A stretch of DNA of 64,000 nt, taken from assembly GCF_006345805.1 (NCBI RefSeq), contig NC_043005.1, positions 93,248,001 through 93,312,000 on the forward strand, written 5' to 3'. The notes below the pieces were generated by a model. That model was given only the letters and a program-made list of their open reading frames with translations. It had not been told where the DNA came from and did no database searches. Each line of letters begins with the position of its first letter. The first letter of the stretch is position 1. The translations under genes were made by a program, and so were the position numbers. This DNA comes from Octopus sinensis (taxonomy: Eukaryota). Positions 41,803 through 56,600 of this stretch are shown here, piece by piece.

Positions 41803-43439
41803 AGACATTAGACTTATGATTTTTGTTGGGAATGAAGTATTTCAACCACATGCAGAGTGAAATGTTTCAGCCACATACAAAACTTACACTTTAAACTAAC
41901 ATTTTCAAGTAATTTGGTTGAAATTAAAGTATAAAATAGGATATCATGTCTTCAGATCACATCTACATCAGTTTAAAATGCAAAACCTTCAAATGTTGTG
42001 GAATTAGAAGTGAGCCACGATGGTTTTCTGATTGAAGTCAGTTTTTATTTCGTTTTTGACAACAATATTTCTGGGGAAAAGTATAAACACCACACAGAAA
42101 TATCACCTTGGTTGATTTTTTTTTTTTTTTTTGTGCTATGGGTCACTTGTTGAACAGACAGGATCAAAGACGTTCCAGCTGCGACCATCCTATCTTTTTA
42201 TTAGATATGCTACATTTATCCAAAGTCTCACTCTATTTTGAAGATGACACAAAGTATGCTTTGAAGGAGATTTGGCTATTATTTCCAAGAAATCAAGTAG
42301 ATACAAACAAGATCTGACATGCTATTGGCCAAACACATCAGTGATGCTAGCATTTATGTTGTTGTGTCAGTTCTCGTCCAGACTAATTGGCCAACAACTC
42401 TTGACTGTAAACAATAATATTCTTGTTATTTAATTAATGTTGCATTTGCTCATAGCAAAAACAAGCATTATCATTTTTACTGTCTATCACAAGAACTTCT
42501 ATGCGGTCGCTTGACTTGCTAGAAATAGCACTCACATTTCTAAATTATGTGTGTATAGTGAATAGTCAATGGCTTCACTTCTTGGATAGCCAAGATATCC
42601 ATTAATAGATAAATCAAACCTAGTCTCATCATCACAAGATGGTGAGTTGTGACAATCATGCATGGGTTTGCAACTTCAGTGGAGCAAGTGAAATAGATAC
42701 AGCCGAGAAAATAATCGTAGGTACGCATATTGTTTTCCTGGAGGATTATTTCCTTCGCCAGAGCAATTTCAGCTCACATCCACATGAGATTAGAATATAA
42801 TCAGAGAAACCATTAGAAGCTGATGTATTTATTAAACAAATGTGTAGTGTAGGATTAGTAGTAAGTTCTCCTTGGTAAACCAAGTTTGATTGTTGATTGG
42901 AATCAATTTATATTTCATTTATGAAATCAATATTTTTGTCGAAAAGCATGACCATCACATTGTCAAGTTTGTTTTAGATAGTGTCTTACAGTAGGATAAG
43001 ATGAAAAAGCATCCAGCAGTTTTTCTCTTCATTATTTATTTCAATAATTCAATGAAACAGAAAAGAACATAGTTTGCCAAGAAAAGAAGTTTGGTTTAGC
43101 TCTCGATTGAACTGAGAGCGAAGGCACATAGATTTTTTTTTTTTATTGAAAACCAGCCAGAATATTTATCTTGGATAAAAGAAAGGGAAGAAACTAAGCA
43201 AATTGGTAAGACTGATATTCACGGCTTCCGTTCAGATATTTTGAGGGGAGGAGAAATAAAGTGAATTAAGTCAAGTGTCATTGTCGTTTCGTTATTAAGT
43301 AGAAAAGCTGAAACGTAAGACAAGTCAAGTGTCGTCTTTGAGTTAATTTGTGCTGATTTCAGCTGGAGTCAGTGATTATTAAGACGGGAATTTTCTGAGT
43401 GTAACGCCTTCCTTGTGGTTTGTGACTTTGTTTTCAAGT

Positions 43440-44290
43440 GAAAGAGATATCTCAATGGAGGTGAAAAGTTAGTGACTGGAAGACAGGATGCTGTGGTTCC
43501 AGGTTTGCTGGAGGAGCATGAAGTGAATTACAAGGTGGAGCTTGTTGAAAAATATCAAAATATGATCAAGAGGTGGGGATCTAACATGAAGTTAATCACC
43601 CAACGCCAGAAGAAGGAATGAAGAAAATGGAAAGGAGAGAGATAGTCTATGGAATGTTCTCCAAAAGCATGAAAAGAATAGAGATTGCGATGCAGGAAGA
43701 AGTGGAGGAGTGCCTCAAGGATATTGGCTTTTATACCAGAGGAAGAAGGTACGGCACAGTGGCGGTCACTTTTGTCTCCGAAGAGAAGGCAAGAAGGTAC
43801 TCCACTGTGGCGTTACACTCGGAAGAATGGACACTCCTGCCTACCCACCTAGGCAAACGTGTTACCAGGGTCAGAATAGGTGGGATTCCAACTGAAATTG
43901 AACCCGAGTGGCTGATGGCAACGGTCATCACCGTAGGAGAGGAAGGAAGAGATGAGGATGTGCAAATAAATTGATGGAGGTACGAGCTGGAGATTTTCTT
44001 CATGGTCAACCAAGCAGAATATAGTGGAATGGGGTCAAGCTAGAAGTAATGCTGGAAGGAGGCTACCGACCTGCTATTCTTGTGGGGGAAGGGACATATC
44101 GAGAAAAGGCGTCCCAAACACGTAAAATAGGTTGCAGAAATAGAGGTACAGGACTTGTAAACGACCAGTGACATGGAACAGGAACAAGAATTAACAGAAG
44201 TAAAAAAAAAAAAAGAAAGAGAGAAAGGAGGAACTACGACAAAAGGAACACAAAACACAGGAGGCAGAAACAACGTACCCGCAGTATCAC
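43440..44290 (+). pseudogene. Decayed non-LTR retrotransposon ORF1 (gag-like, CCHC knuckle; L1/Tx1-like)
   Basis: GTVAVTF...LGKRVTRVRIGGIPTEIEPEWL, then EGR-LPT-CYSCG-[1-nt deletion]-GHIEKR(C>R)P at 44072-44115. No ORF2 follows. Confidence 0.7.
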
Positions 44291-44665
44291 CAATAAAGTC
44301 AAACACGGACACAAATCACTGAGCAAACACACACACACAAGACGTAGAGGAGGATAAAAATATATTTGGTAACGTATTGCACAGAAGAGAAAATTAGAAG
44401 AAAAATAACGAAAATGAAAAAAACTTACAAGAGTAAATTTAACAAAGGATTACGACAAAAAAACGATGTATATGTTAGTGAACAAACGAAGATTTAGAAT
44501 GTTGAAAGAAACGATTCCACCAGAATGGAACCCAGTCAACAGGAGGAGGGAAGTGAACGCGGCCGCCCAGTGGCAGTATAAAATTTTATGAAAAGTGACA
44601 TTAGGGGGTAAGTAAAAATTACTGAATTTCCAGGAAAAAAAATCAGAGTAAGAAAAATTTTGTTC

Positions 44666-47600
44666 TCATAACTAAGCAGAAGGGCATAAAAATAAGCCAA
44701 GAATATACATGATGTTTCATGAATAACCAGAAGGGCTGAAACGTAAGCCAAGAATATACATGACGTTTCATGGAGAAGCAGAAGGGCTGAAACGTAAGCC
44801 AAGAATATACATGATGTTTCATGAATAAGATGAAGGGCTGAAACGTAAGCCAAGAATATACATGATGTTTCATGAATAACCAGAAGGGCTGAAACGTAAG
44901 CCAAGAATATACATGACGTTTCATGGAGAAGCAGAAGGGCTGAAACGTAAGCCAAGAATATACATGATGTTTCATGAACAAGATGAAGGGCTGAAACGTA
45001 AGCCTAGAATATACATGATGTTTCATGAATAACCACAAGGGCTGAAACGTAAGCCAAGAATATACATGACGTTTCATGGATAACCAGAAGGGCTGAAACG
45101 TAAGCCAAGAATATACATGATGTTTCATGAATAAGATGAAGGGCTGAAACGTAAGACAAGAATATACATGATGTTTCATAAATAACCAGAAGGGCAGAGA
45201 CGTAAGCCAATAATATACATGACGTTTCATGGAGAAGCAGAAGGGCTGAAACGTAAGCCAAGGATATACATGATGTTTCATGAAGAAGCAGAAGGGCTGA
45301 AACGTAAGCCAAGAATATCCATGATGTTTCATGAAGAAGCAGACGGGCTTAAACGTAAGCGAAGAATATACATGATGTTTCATGAATAAGCAGAAGGGCT
45401 GAAACGTAAGCCAAGAATATACATGATGTTTCATGAATAAGAAGAAAGGCTGAAACGTAAGCCAAGAATGTACATGACGTTTCATGGAGAAGCAGAAGGG
45501 CTGAAACGTAAGCCAAGAATATATATGATGTTTCATGGAGAAGCAGAAGGGCTGAAACGTAAGCCAAGAATATCCATGATGTTTCATGAAGAAGCAGAAG
45601 GGCTGAAACGTAAGCCAAGAATATACATGATGTTTCATGAAGAAGCAGAAGGGCTGAAACGTAAGCCAAGAATATCCATGATGTTTCATGAAGAAGCAGA
45701 AGGGCAGAAACGTAAGCCAAGAATATCCATGATGTTTCATGAAGAAGCAGAAGGGCTGAAACGTAAGCCAAGAATATCCATGATGTTTCATGAAGAAGCA
45801 GAAGGGCTGAAACGTAAGCCAAGAATATACATGATGTTTCATGAAGAAGCAGAAGGGCTGAAACGTAAGCCAAGAATATCCATGATGTTTATAAATAACC
45901 AGAAGGGCTGAAACGTAAGCCAAGAATATCCATGATGTTTCATGAAGAAGCAGAAGGGCTGAAACGTAAGCCAAGAATATACATGATGTTTCATGAAGAA
46001 GCAGAAGGGCTGAAACGTAAGCCAAGAATATCCATGCTGTTTATAAATTAACCAGAAGGGCTGAAACGTAAGCCAAGAATATCCATGATGTTTCATGAAG
46101 AAGCAGAAGGGATGAAACGTAATCCAAGAATATACATGATGTTTCATGAATATGCAGAAGGGCTGAAACGTAAGCCAAGAATATACATGATGTTTCATGA
46201 ATAAGCAGAAGGGCTGAAACGTAAGCCAAGAATATACATGATGTTTCATGAATAAGCAGAAGGGCTGAAACGTAAGCCAAGAATATCCATGATGTTTCAT
46301 GAAGAAGCAGAAGGGCTGAAACGTAAGCGAAGAATAACCATGATGTTTCATGAATAATCAGAAGGGCTGAAACGAAAGCCAAGAATATACATGATGTTTC
46401 ATGAAGAAGCAGAAGGGCTGAAACGTAAGCCAAGAATATACATGATGTTTCATGAATAAGCAGAAGGGTTGAAACGTAAGCCAAGAATATCCATGATGTT
46501 TCATGAAGAAGCAGAAGGGCTGAAACGTAAGCCAAGAATATACATGATGTTTCATGAAGAAGCAGAAGGACTGGAACGTAAGCCTAGAATATCCATAATG
46601 TTTCATGAATAAGCAGAAGGGCTGAAACGTAAGCCAAGAATATACGTGATGTTTCATGAAGGAGCAGAAGGGCTGAAACGTAAGCCAAGAATATCCATGA
46701 TGTTTATAAATAACCAGAAGGGGTGAAACGTAAGCCAAGAATATACATGATGTTTCATGAATAAGATGAAGGGCTGAAACGTAAGCCAAGAATATACATG
46801 ATGTTTCATGAATAAGCAGAAGGGCTGAAACGTAAGCCAAGAATATCCATGATGTTTCATGAAGAAGCAGAAGGGCTGAAACGTAAGCCAAGAATATACA
46901 TGATGTTTCATGAAGAAGCAGAAGGGCTGAAACGTAAGCCAAGAATATACATGATGTTTCATGAATAAGCAGAAGGGCTGAAACGTAAGCCAAGAATATA
47001 TATCATGTTTCATGAAGAAGCAGAAGGGCTGAAACGTAAGCCAAGAATATCCATGATGTTTCATAAATAAGCAGAAGGGATGAAACGTTAGCCAATTAAA
47101 TACATGATGTGTCATGAAGAAGCAGAAGGGCTGAAACGTAAGCGAAGAATATACATGAAGTTTCATGAATAAGCAGAAGGGATAAAACATAAGCCAAGAA
47201 TATCCATGATGTTCATGAAGAGCAGAAGCAGAAGGGCTGCAACGTAAGCCAAGAATATACTGACGTTTCATGGAGAAGCAGAAGAAAGGCTGAAACGTAA
47301 GCCAAGAATATACATGATGTTTCATGAATAAGATGAAGGGCTGAAACGTAAGCCAAGAATATACATGATGTTTCAGGAAGAAGCAGAAGGGCTGAAACGT
47401 AAGCCAAGAATATACATGACGTTTCATGGAGAAGCAGAAGGGCTGAAACGTAAGCCAAGAATATACATGATGTTTCATGAAGAAGCAGAAGGGCTGAAAC
47501 GTAAGCCAAGAATATCCATGATGTTTCAAGAAGAAGCAGAGAGGCTGAAACGTAAGCCAAGATTTTATATGATGTTCCATGAATAAGCAGAAGGGCTTGA

Positions 47601-50600
47601 ATGTAAGCCAAGAATATCCATGCTGTTTCATGAATAAGCAGAAGGGCTTGAACGTAAGCCAAGAAAATACATGATGTTTCATGAATAAGCAAAAGGGCTG
47701 AAACGTAAGCCAAGAATATATATGCTGTTTCATGAATAAGCAGAAGAGCTGAAACGTAAGCCAAGAATATACATGATGTGTCATGAAGATGCAGAAGGGC
47801 TGAAACGTAAGCCAAGAACATACATGATGTTTCATGAATAACCAGAAGGGCTGAAGCGTAAGCCAAGAATATACGTGATGTTTCATGAAGAAGCAGAAGG
47901 GCTGAAACGTAAGCCAAGAATATACATGATGAGTCATGAATAAGCAGAAGGGATGAAACGTAAGCCAAGAATATACATGATGTTTCATGAATAAGCAGAA
48001 GGGCTGAAGCGTAAGCCAAGAATATACGTGATGTTTCATGAAGAAGCAGAAGGGATGAAACGTAAGCCAAGAATATCCATGACGTTTCATGAAGAAGCAG
48101 AAGGGCTGAAACGTAAGCCAAGAATATCCATGATGTTTCATGAAGAAGTAGGAGGGATGAAACGTAAGCCAACAATATACATGATGCTTCATGAAGAAGC
48201 AGAAGGGCTGAAACGTAAGCCAAGAATATACATGATGTTCCATGAATAAACAGAAGGGCTGAAACGTAAGCCAAGAATATACATGATGTTTCATGAAGAA
48301 GCAGGAGGGCTGAAACGTAAGCCAAGAATATACATGACGTTTCATAAATAAGCAGAAGGGCTGGAACGTAAGCCAAGAATATACATGATGTTTCATGAAT
48401 AAGCAGAAGGGCTGAAACGTAAGCCAAGAATATCCATTATGTTTCATGAAGAAGCGGAAGGGCTGAAACGTAAGCCAAGAATATCCATGATGTTTCATGA
48501 ATAAGCAGAAGGGATGAAACATTAGCCAATTAAATACATGATGTGTCATGAAGAAGCAGAAGGGCTAAAACGTCACCCGAGAATGTCCATGATGTTTCAT
48601 GAAGAAGCAGAAGGGATGAAACGTAAGCCAAGAATATACATGATGTTTCATGAATAAGCAGAAGGGCTGAAACGTAAGCCAAGAATATACATGATGTTTC
48701 ATGAAGAAGCAGAAGGGCTGAAACGTAAGCGAAGAATATCCATGATGTTTCATGAAGAAGCAGAAGGGCTGAAACGTAAGCCAAGAATATACATGACGTT
48801 TCATGGAGAAGCAGAAGGGCTGAAACGTAAGCCAAGAATATACATGATGTTTCATGAAGAAGCAGAAGGGCTGAAACGTAAGCCAAGAATATCCATGATG
48901 TTTCAAGAAGAAGCAGAGAGGCTGAAACGTAAGCCAAGATTTTATATGATGTTCCATGAAAAAGCAGAAGGGCTTGAATGTAAGCCAAGAATATCCATGC
49001 TGTTTCAGGAATAAGCAGAAGGGCTTGAACGTAAGCCAAGAAAATACATGATGTTTCATGAATAAGCAAAAGGGCTGAAACGTAAGCCAAGAATATATAT
49101 GCTGTTTCATGAATAAGCAGAAGAGCTGAAACGTAAGCCAAGAATATACATGATGTGTCATGAAGATGCAGAAGGGCTGAAACGTAAGCCAAGAACATAC
49201 ATGATGTTTCATGAATAACCAGAAGGGCTGAAGCGTAAGCCAAGATATACATGATGTTTCATGAAGAAGCAGAAGGGCTGAAACGTAAGCCAAGAATATA
49301 CATGATGAGTCATGAATAAGCAGAAGGGATGAAACGTAAGCCAAGAATATACATGATGTTTCATGAATAAGCAGAAGGGCTGAAGCGTAAGCCAAGAATA
49401 TACGTGATGTTTCATGAAGAAGCAGAAGGGATGAAACGTAAGCCAAGAATATCCATGACGTTTCATGAAGAAGCAGAAGGGCTGAAACGTAAGCCAAGAA
49501 TATCCATGATGTTTCATGAAGAAGCAGGAGGGATGAAACGTAAGCCAACAATATACATGATGCTTCATGAAGAAGCAGAAGGGCTGAAACGTAAGCCAAG
49601 AATATACATGATGTTCCATGAATAAACAGAAGGGCTGAAACGTAAGCCAAGAATATACATGATGTTTCATGAAGAAGCAGGAGGGCTGAAACGTAAGCCA
49701 AGAATATACATGACGTTTCATAAATAAGCAGAAGGGCTGGAACGTAAGCCAAGAATATACATGATGTTTCATGAATAAGCAGAAGGGCTGAAACGTAAGC
49801 CAAGAATATCCATTATGTTTCATGAAGAAGCGGAAGGGCTGAAACGTAAGCCAAGATTATCCATGATGTTTCATGAATAAGCAGAAGGGATGAAACATTA
49901 GCCAACTAAATACATGATGTGTCATGAAGAAGCAGAAGGGCTAAAACGTCACCCGAGAATGTCCATGATGTTTCATGAAGAAGCAGAAGGGATGAAACGT
50001 AAGCCAAGAATATACATGATGTTTCATGAATAAGCAGAAGGGCTGAAACGTAAGCCAAGAATATACATGATGTTTCATGAAGAAGCAGAAGGGCTGAAAC
50101 GTAAGCGAAGAATATCCATGATGTTTCATGAAGAAGCAGAAGGGCTGAAACGTAAGCGAAGAATAACCATGATGTTTCATGAATAATCAGAAGGGCTGAA
50201 ACGTAAGCCAAGAATATACATGATGTTTCATGAAGAAGCAGAAGGGTTGAAACGTAAGCCAAGAATATACATGATGTTTCATGAATAAGCAGAAGGGTTG
50301 AAATGTAAGCCAAGAATATCCATGATGTTTCATGAAGAAGCAGAAGGGCTGAAACGTAAGCCAAGAATATACATGATGTTTCATGAAGAAGCAGAAGGAC
50401 TGGAACGTAAGCCTAGAATATCCATAATGTTTCATGAATAAGCAGAAGGGCTGAAACGTAAGCCAAGAATATACGTGATGTTTCATGAAGGAGCAGAAGG
50501 GCTGAAGCGTAAGCCAAGAATATCCATGATGTTTATAAATAACCACAAGGGGTGAAACGTAAGCCAAGAATATACATGATGTTTCATGAATAAGATGAAG

Positions 50601-53600
50601 GGCTGAAACGTAAGCCAAGAATATACATGATGTTTCATGAATAAGCAGAAGGGCTGAAACGTAAGCCAAGAATATCCATGATGTTTTATGAAGAAGCAGA
50701 AGGGCTGAAACGTAAGCCAAGAATATACATGATGTTTCATGAAGAAGCAGAAGGGCTGAAACGTAAGCCAAGAATATACATGATGTTTCATGAATAAGCA
50801 GAAGGGCTGAAACGTAAGCCAAGAATATAAATGATGTTTCATGAAGAAGCAGAAGGGCTGAAACGTAAGCTAAGAATATCCATGATGTTTCATAAATAAG
50901 CAGAAGGGATGAAACGTTAGCCAATTAAATACATGATGTGTCATGAAGAAGCAGAAGGGCTGAAACGTAAGCAAAGAATATACATGATGTTTCATGAAGA
51001 AGCAGAAGGGCTGAAACGTAAGCGAAGAATATACATGAAGTTTCATGAATAAGCAGAAGGGATAAAACATAAGCCAAGAATATCCATGATGTTTCATGAA
51101 GAAGCAGAAGGGCTGAAACGTAAGCCAAGAATATACATGACGTTTCATGGAGAAGCAGAAGGGCTGAAACGTAAGCCAAGAATATACATGATGTTTCATG
51201 AATAAGATGAAGGGCTGAAACGTAAGCCAAGAATATACATGATGTTTCAGGAAGAAGCAGAAGGGCTGAAACGTAAGCCAAGAATATACATGACGTTTCA
51301 TGGAGAAGCAGAAGGGCTGAAACGTAAGCCAAGAATATACATGATGTTTCATGAAGAAGCAGAAGGGCTGAAACGTAAGCCAAGAATATCCATGATGTTT
51401 CAAGAAGAAGCAGAGGGGCTGAAACGTAAGCCAAGATTTTATATGATGTTCCATGAATAAGCAGAAGGGCTTGAATGTAAGCCAAGAATATCCATGCTGT
51501 TTCATGAATAAGCAGAAGGCTGAAACGTAAGCCAAGAAATACATGATGTTTCATGAATAAGCAAAAGGGCTGAAACGTAAGCCAAGAATATATATGCTGT
51601 TTCATGAATAAGCAGAAGAGCTGAAACGTAAGCCAAGAATATACATGATGTGTCATGAAGATGCAGAAGGGCTGAAACGTAAGCCAAGAACATACATGAT
51701 GTTTCATGAATAACCAGAAGGGCTGAAGCGTAAGCCAAGAATATACGTGATGTTTCAAGAAGAAGCAGAAGGGCTGAAACGTAAGCCAAGAATATACATG
51801 ATGTTTCATGAATAAGCAGAAGGGCTGAAGCGTAAGCCAAGAATATACGTGATGTTTCATGAAGAAGCAGAAGGGATGAAACGTAAGCCAAGAATATCCA
51901 TGATGTTTCATGAAGAAGCAGAAGGGCTGAAACGTAAGCCAAGAATATCCATGATGTTTCATGAAGAAGCAGGAGGGATGAAACGTAAGCCAACAATATA
52001 CATGATGCTTCATGAAGAAGCAGAAGGGCTGAAACGTAAGCCAAGAATATACATGATGTTCCATGAGTAAACAAAAGGGCTGAAACGTAAGCCAAGAATA
52101 TACATGATGTTTTATGAAGAAGCAGGAGGGCTGAAACGTAAGCCAAGAATATACATGACGTTTCATAAATAAGCAGAAGGGCTGGAACGTAAGCCAAGAA
52201 TATACATGATGTTTCATGAATAAGCAGAAGGGCTGAAACGTAAGCCAAGAATATCCATGATGTTTCATGAAGAAGCGGAAGGGCTGAAACGTAAGCCAAG
52301 AATATCCATGATGTTTCATGAATAAGCAGAAGGGATGAAACGTTAGCCAATTAAATACATGATGTGTCATGAAGAAGCAGAAGGGCTAAAACGTCACCCG
52401 AGAATGTCCATGATGTTTCATGAAGAAGCAGAAGGGATGAAACGTAAGCCAAGAATATACATGATGTTTCATGAAGAAGCAGAAGGGCTGAAACGTAAGC
52501 CAAGAATATACATGATGTTTCATGAAGAAGCAGAAGGGCTGAAACGTAAGCCAAGAATATACATGATGTTTCATGAATAAGATGAAGGGCTGAAACGTAA
52601 GCCAAGAATATACATGACGTTTCATGGAGAAGCAGAAGGGCGTAAACGTAAGCCAAGAATATACATGAAGTTTCATGTAGAAGCAGAAGGCCTGAAACGT
52701 AAGTCATGAATATACATGATGTTTCATGAAGAAGCAGAAGGGATGAAACGTTACCCAATTAAATACATGATGTGTCATGAAGAAGCAGAAGGGTTGAAAC
52801 GTAAGCCAAGAATATACATGATGTTTCATGAATAAGCAGAAGGGTTGAAACGTAAGCCAAGAATATCCATGATGTTTCATGAAGTAGCAGAAGGGCTGAA
52901 ACGTAAGCCAAGAATATACATGATGTTTCATGAAGAAGCAGAAGGATGGACGTAAGCCTAGAAATACATAATGTTTCATGAATAAGCAGAGGGGCTGAAA
53001 CGTAAGCCAAGAATTACGTGAGTGTCATGAAGGCATGAAGAAGCAAGGGCTGAAACGTAAGCCAAGAATATCCATGATGTTTATAAATAACCAGAAGGGG
53101 TGAAACGTAAGCCAAGAATATACATGATGTTTCATGAATAAGATGAAGGGCTGAACGTAAGCCAAGAATATACATGATGTTTCATGAATAAGCAGAAGGG
53201 CTGCAACGTAAGCCAAGAATATCATGATGTTTCATGAAGAAGCAGAAGGGCTGAAACGTAAGCCAAGAATATACATGATGTTTCATGAAGAAGCAGAAGG
53301 GCTGAAACGTAAGCCAAGAATATACATGATGTTTCATGAATAAGCAGAAGGGCTGAAACGTAAGCCAAGAATATACATGATGTTCATGAAGAAGCAGAGC
53401 AGAAGGGCTGAAACGTAAGCCAAGAATATCCATGATGTTTCATAAATAAGCAGAAGGGATGAAACGTTAGCCAATTAAATACATGATGTGTCATGAAGAA
53501 GCAGAAGGGCTGAAACGTAAGCCAAGAATATACATGATGTTTCATGAATAAGCGAAGGGCTGAACGTAAGCGAAGAATATACATGAAGTTTCATGAATAA

Positions 53601-56600
53601 GCAGAAGGGAATAAAACATAAACAAAGAATATCCATGATGTTTCATGAAGAAGCAGAAGGGCTGAAACGTAAGCCAAGAATATACATGAAGTTTCATGGA
53701 GAAGCAGAAGGGCTGAAACGTAAGCAAGAATATACATGATGTTTCATGAATAAGATGAAGGGCTGAAACGTAAGCCAAGAATATACATGATGTTTCAGGA
53801 AGAAGCAGAAGGGCTGAAACGTAAGCCAAGATATTACATGACGTTTCATGGAGAAGCAGAAGGGCTGAACGTAAGCCAAGAATATACATGATGTTTCATG
53901 AAGAAGCAGAAGGGCTGAAACGTAAGCCAAGAATATCCATGATGTTTCAAGAAGAAGCAGAGGGGCTGAAACGTAAGCCAAGATTTTATATGATGTTCCA
54001 TGAATAAGCAGAAGGGCTTGAATGTAAGCCAAGAATATCCATGCTGTTTCATGAATAAGCAGAAGGGCTTGAACGTAAGCCAAGAAAATACATGATGTTT
54101 CATGAATAAGCAAAAGGGCTGAAACGTAAGCCAAGAATATATATGCTGTTTCATGAATAAGCAGAAGAGCTGAAACGTAAGCCAAGAATATACATAATGT
54201 GTCATGAAGATGCAGAAGGGCTGAAACGTAGCCAAGAACATACATGATGTTTCATGAATAACCAGAAGGGCTGAAGGTAAGCCAAGAATATACGTGATGT
54301 TTCATGAAGAAGCAGAGAAGGGCTGAAAGAAGCCAAGAATATACATGATGAGTCATGAATAAGCAGAAGGGATGAAACGTTAGCCAAGAATATACATGAT
54401 GTTTCATGAATAAGCAGAAGGGCTGAAGCGTAAGCCAAGAATATACGTGATGTTTTAAGAGAGAAGCAGAAGGGATGAAACGTAAGCCAAGAATATCCAT
54501 GATGTTTCATGAAGAAGCAGAAGGGCTGAAACGTAAGCCAAGAATATACATGATGTTTCATGAAGAAGCAGGAGGGCTGAAACGTAAGCCAAGAATATAC
54601 ATGACGTTTCATGAAGAAGCAGAAGGGCTGCAACGTAAGCCAAGAATATACATGATGTTTCATGAATAAGCAGAAGGGCTGAAACGTAAGCCAAGAATAT
54701 ACATGATGTTTCATGAAGAAGCAGAAGGGCTGAAACGTAAGCCAAGAATATACATGATGTTTCATGAATAAGATGAAGGGCTGAAACGTAAGCCAAGAAT
54801 ATACATGATGTTTCATGAAGAAGCAGAAGGGCTGAAACGTAAGCCAAGAATATACATGACGTTTCATGGAGAAGCAGAAGGGCGTAAACGTAAGCCAAGA
54901 ATATACATGAAGTTTCATGTAGAAGCAGAAGGCCTGAAACGTAAGTCATGAATATACATGATGTTTCATCAATAAGCAGAAGGGCTGAAACGTAAGCCAA
55001 GAATATACATGATGTTTCATGAAGAAGCAGAAGGACTGGAACGTAAGCCTAGAATATCCATAATGTTTCATGAATAAGCAGAAGGGCTGAAACGTAAGCC
55101 AAGAATATACGTGATGTTTCATGAAGGAGCAGAAGGGCTGAAACGTAAGCCAAGAATATCCATGATGTTTCATGAAGAAGCAGAAGGGCTGAAACGTAAG
55201 CCAAGAATATACATGATGTTTCATGAAGAAGCAGAAGGGCTGAAACGTAAGCCAAGAATATACATGATGTTTCATGAAGAAGCAGAAGGGCTGAAACGTA
55301 AGCCAAGAATATACATGATGTTTCATGAAGAAGCAGAAGGGCTGAAACGTAAGCCAAGAATATCCATGATGTTTCATAAATAAGCAGAAGGGATGAAACG
55401 TTAGCCAATTAAATACATGATGTGTCATGAAGAAGAAGAAGGGCTGAAACGTAAGCCAAGAATATACATGATGTTTCATGAATAAGCAGAAGGGCTGAAA
55501 CGTAAGCGAAGAAGATACATGAAGTTTCATGAATAAGCAGAAGGGATAAAACATAAGCCAAGAATATCCATGATGTTTCATGAAGAAGCAGAAGGGCTGA
55601 AACGTAAGCCAAGAATATACATGACGTTTCATGGAGAAGCAGAAGGGCTGAAACGTAAGCCAAGAATATACATGATGTTTCATGAATAAGATGAAGGGCT
55701 GAAACGTAAGCCAAGAATATACATGATGTTTCAGGAAGAAGCAGAAGGCTGAAACGTAAGCCAAGAATATACATGACGTTTCATGGAGAAGCAGAAGGGC
55801 TGAAACGTAAGCCAAGAATATACATGATGTTTCATGAAGAAGCAGAAGGGCTGAAACGTAAGCCAAGAATATCCATGATGTTTCAAGAAGAAGCAGAGGG
55901 CTGAAACGTAAGCCAAGATTTTATATGATGTTCCATGATAAGCAGAAGGGCTTGAATGTAAGCCAAGAATATCCATGCTGTTTCATAATAAGCAGAAGGG
56001 CTGAAACGTAAGCCAAGAAAATACATGATGTTTCATGAATAAGCAAAGGGCTGAAACGTAAGCCAAGAATATATATGATGTTTCATGAATAAGCAGAAGA
56101 GCTGAAACGTAAGCCAAGAATATACATGATGTGTCATGAAGATGCAGAAGGGCTGAAACGTAAGCCAAGAACATACATGATGTTTCATGAATAACCAGAA
56201 GGGCTGAAGCGTAAGCCAAGAATATACGTGATGTTTCATGAAGAAGCAGAAGGGCTGAAACGTAAGCCAAGAATATACATGATGAGTCATGAATAAGCAG
56301 AAGGGCTGAAACGTAAGCCAAGAATATACATGATGTTTCATGAATAAGCAGAAGGGCTGAAGCGTAAGCCAAGAATATACGTGATGTTTCATGAAGAAGC
56401 AGAAGGGATGAAACGTAAGCCAAGAATATCCATGATGTTTCATGAAGAAGCAGAAGGGCTGAAACGTAAGCCAAGAATATACATGATGTTTCATGAAGAA
56501 GCAGGAGGGCTGAAACGTAAGCCAAGAATATACATGATGTTTCATGAAGAAGCAGAAGGGCTGAAACGTAAGCCAAGAATATACATGATGTTTCATGAAT

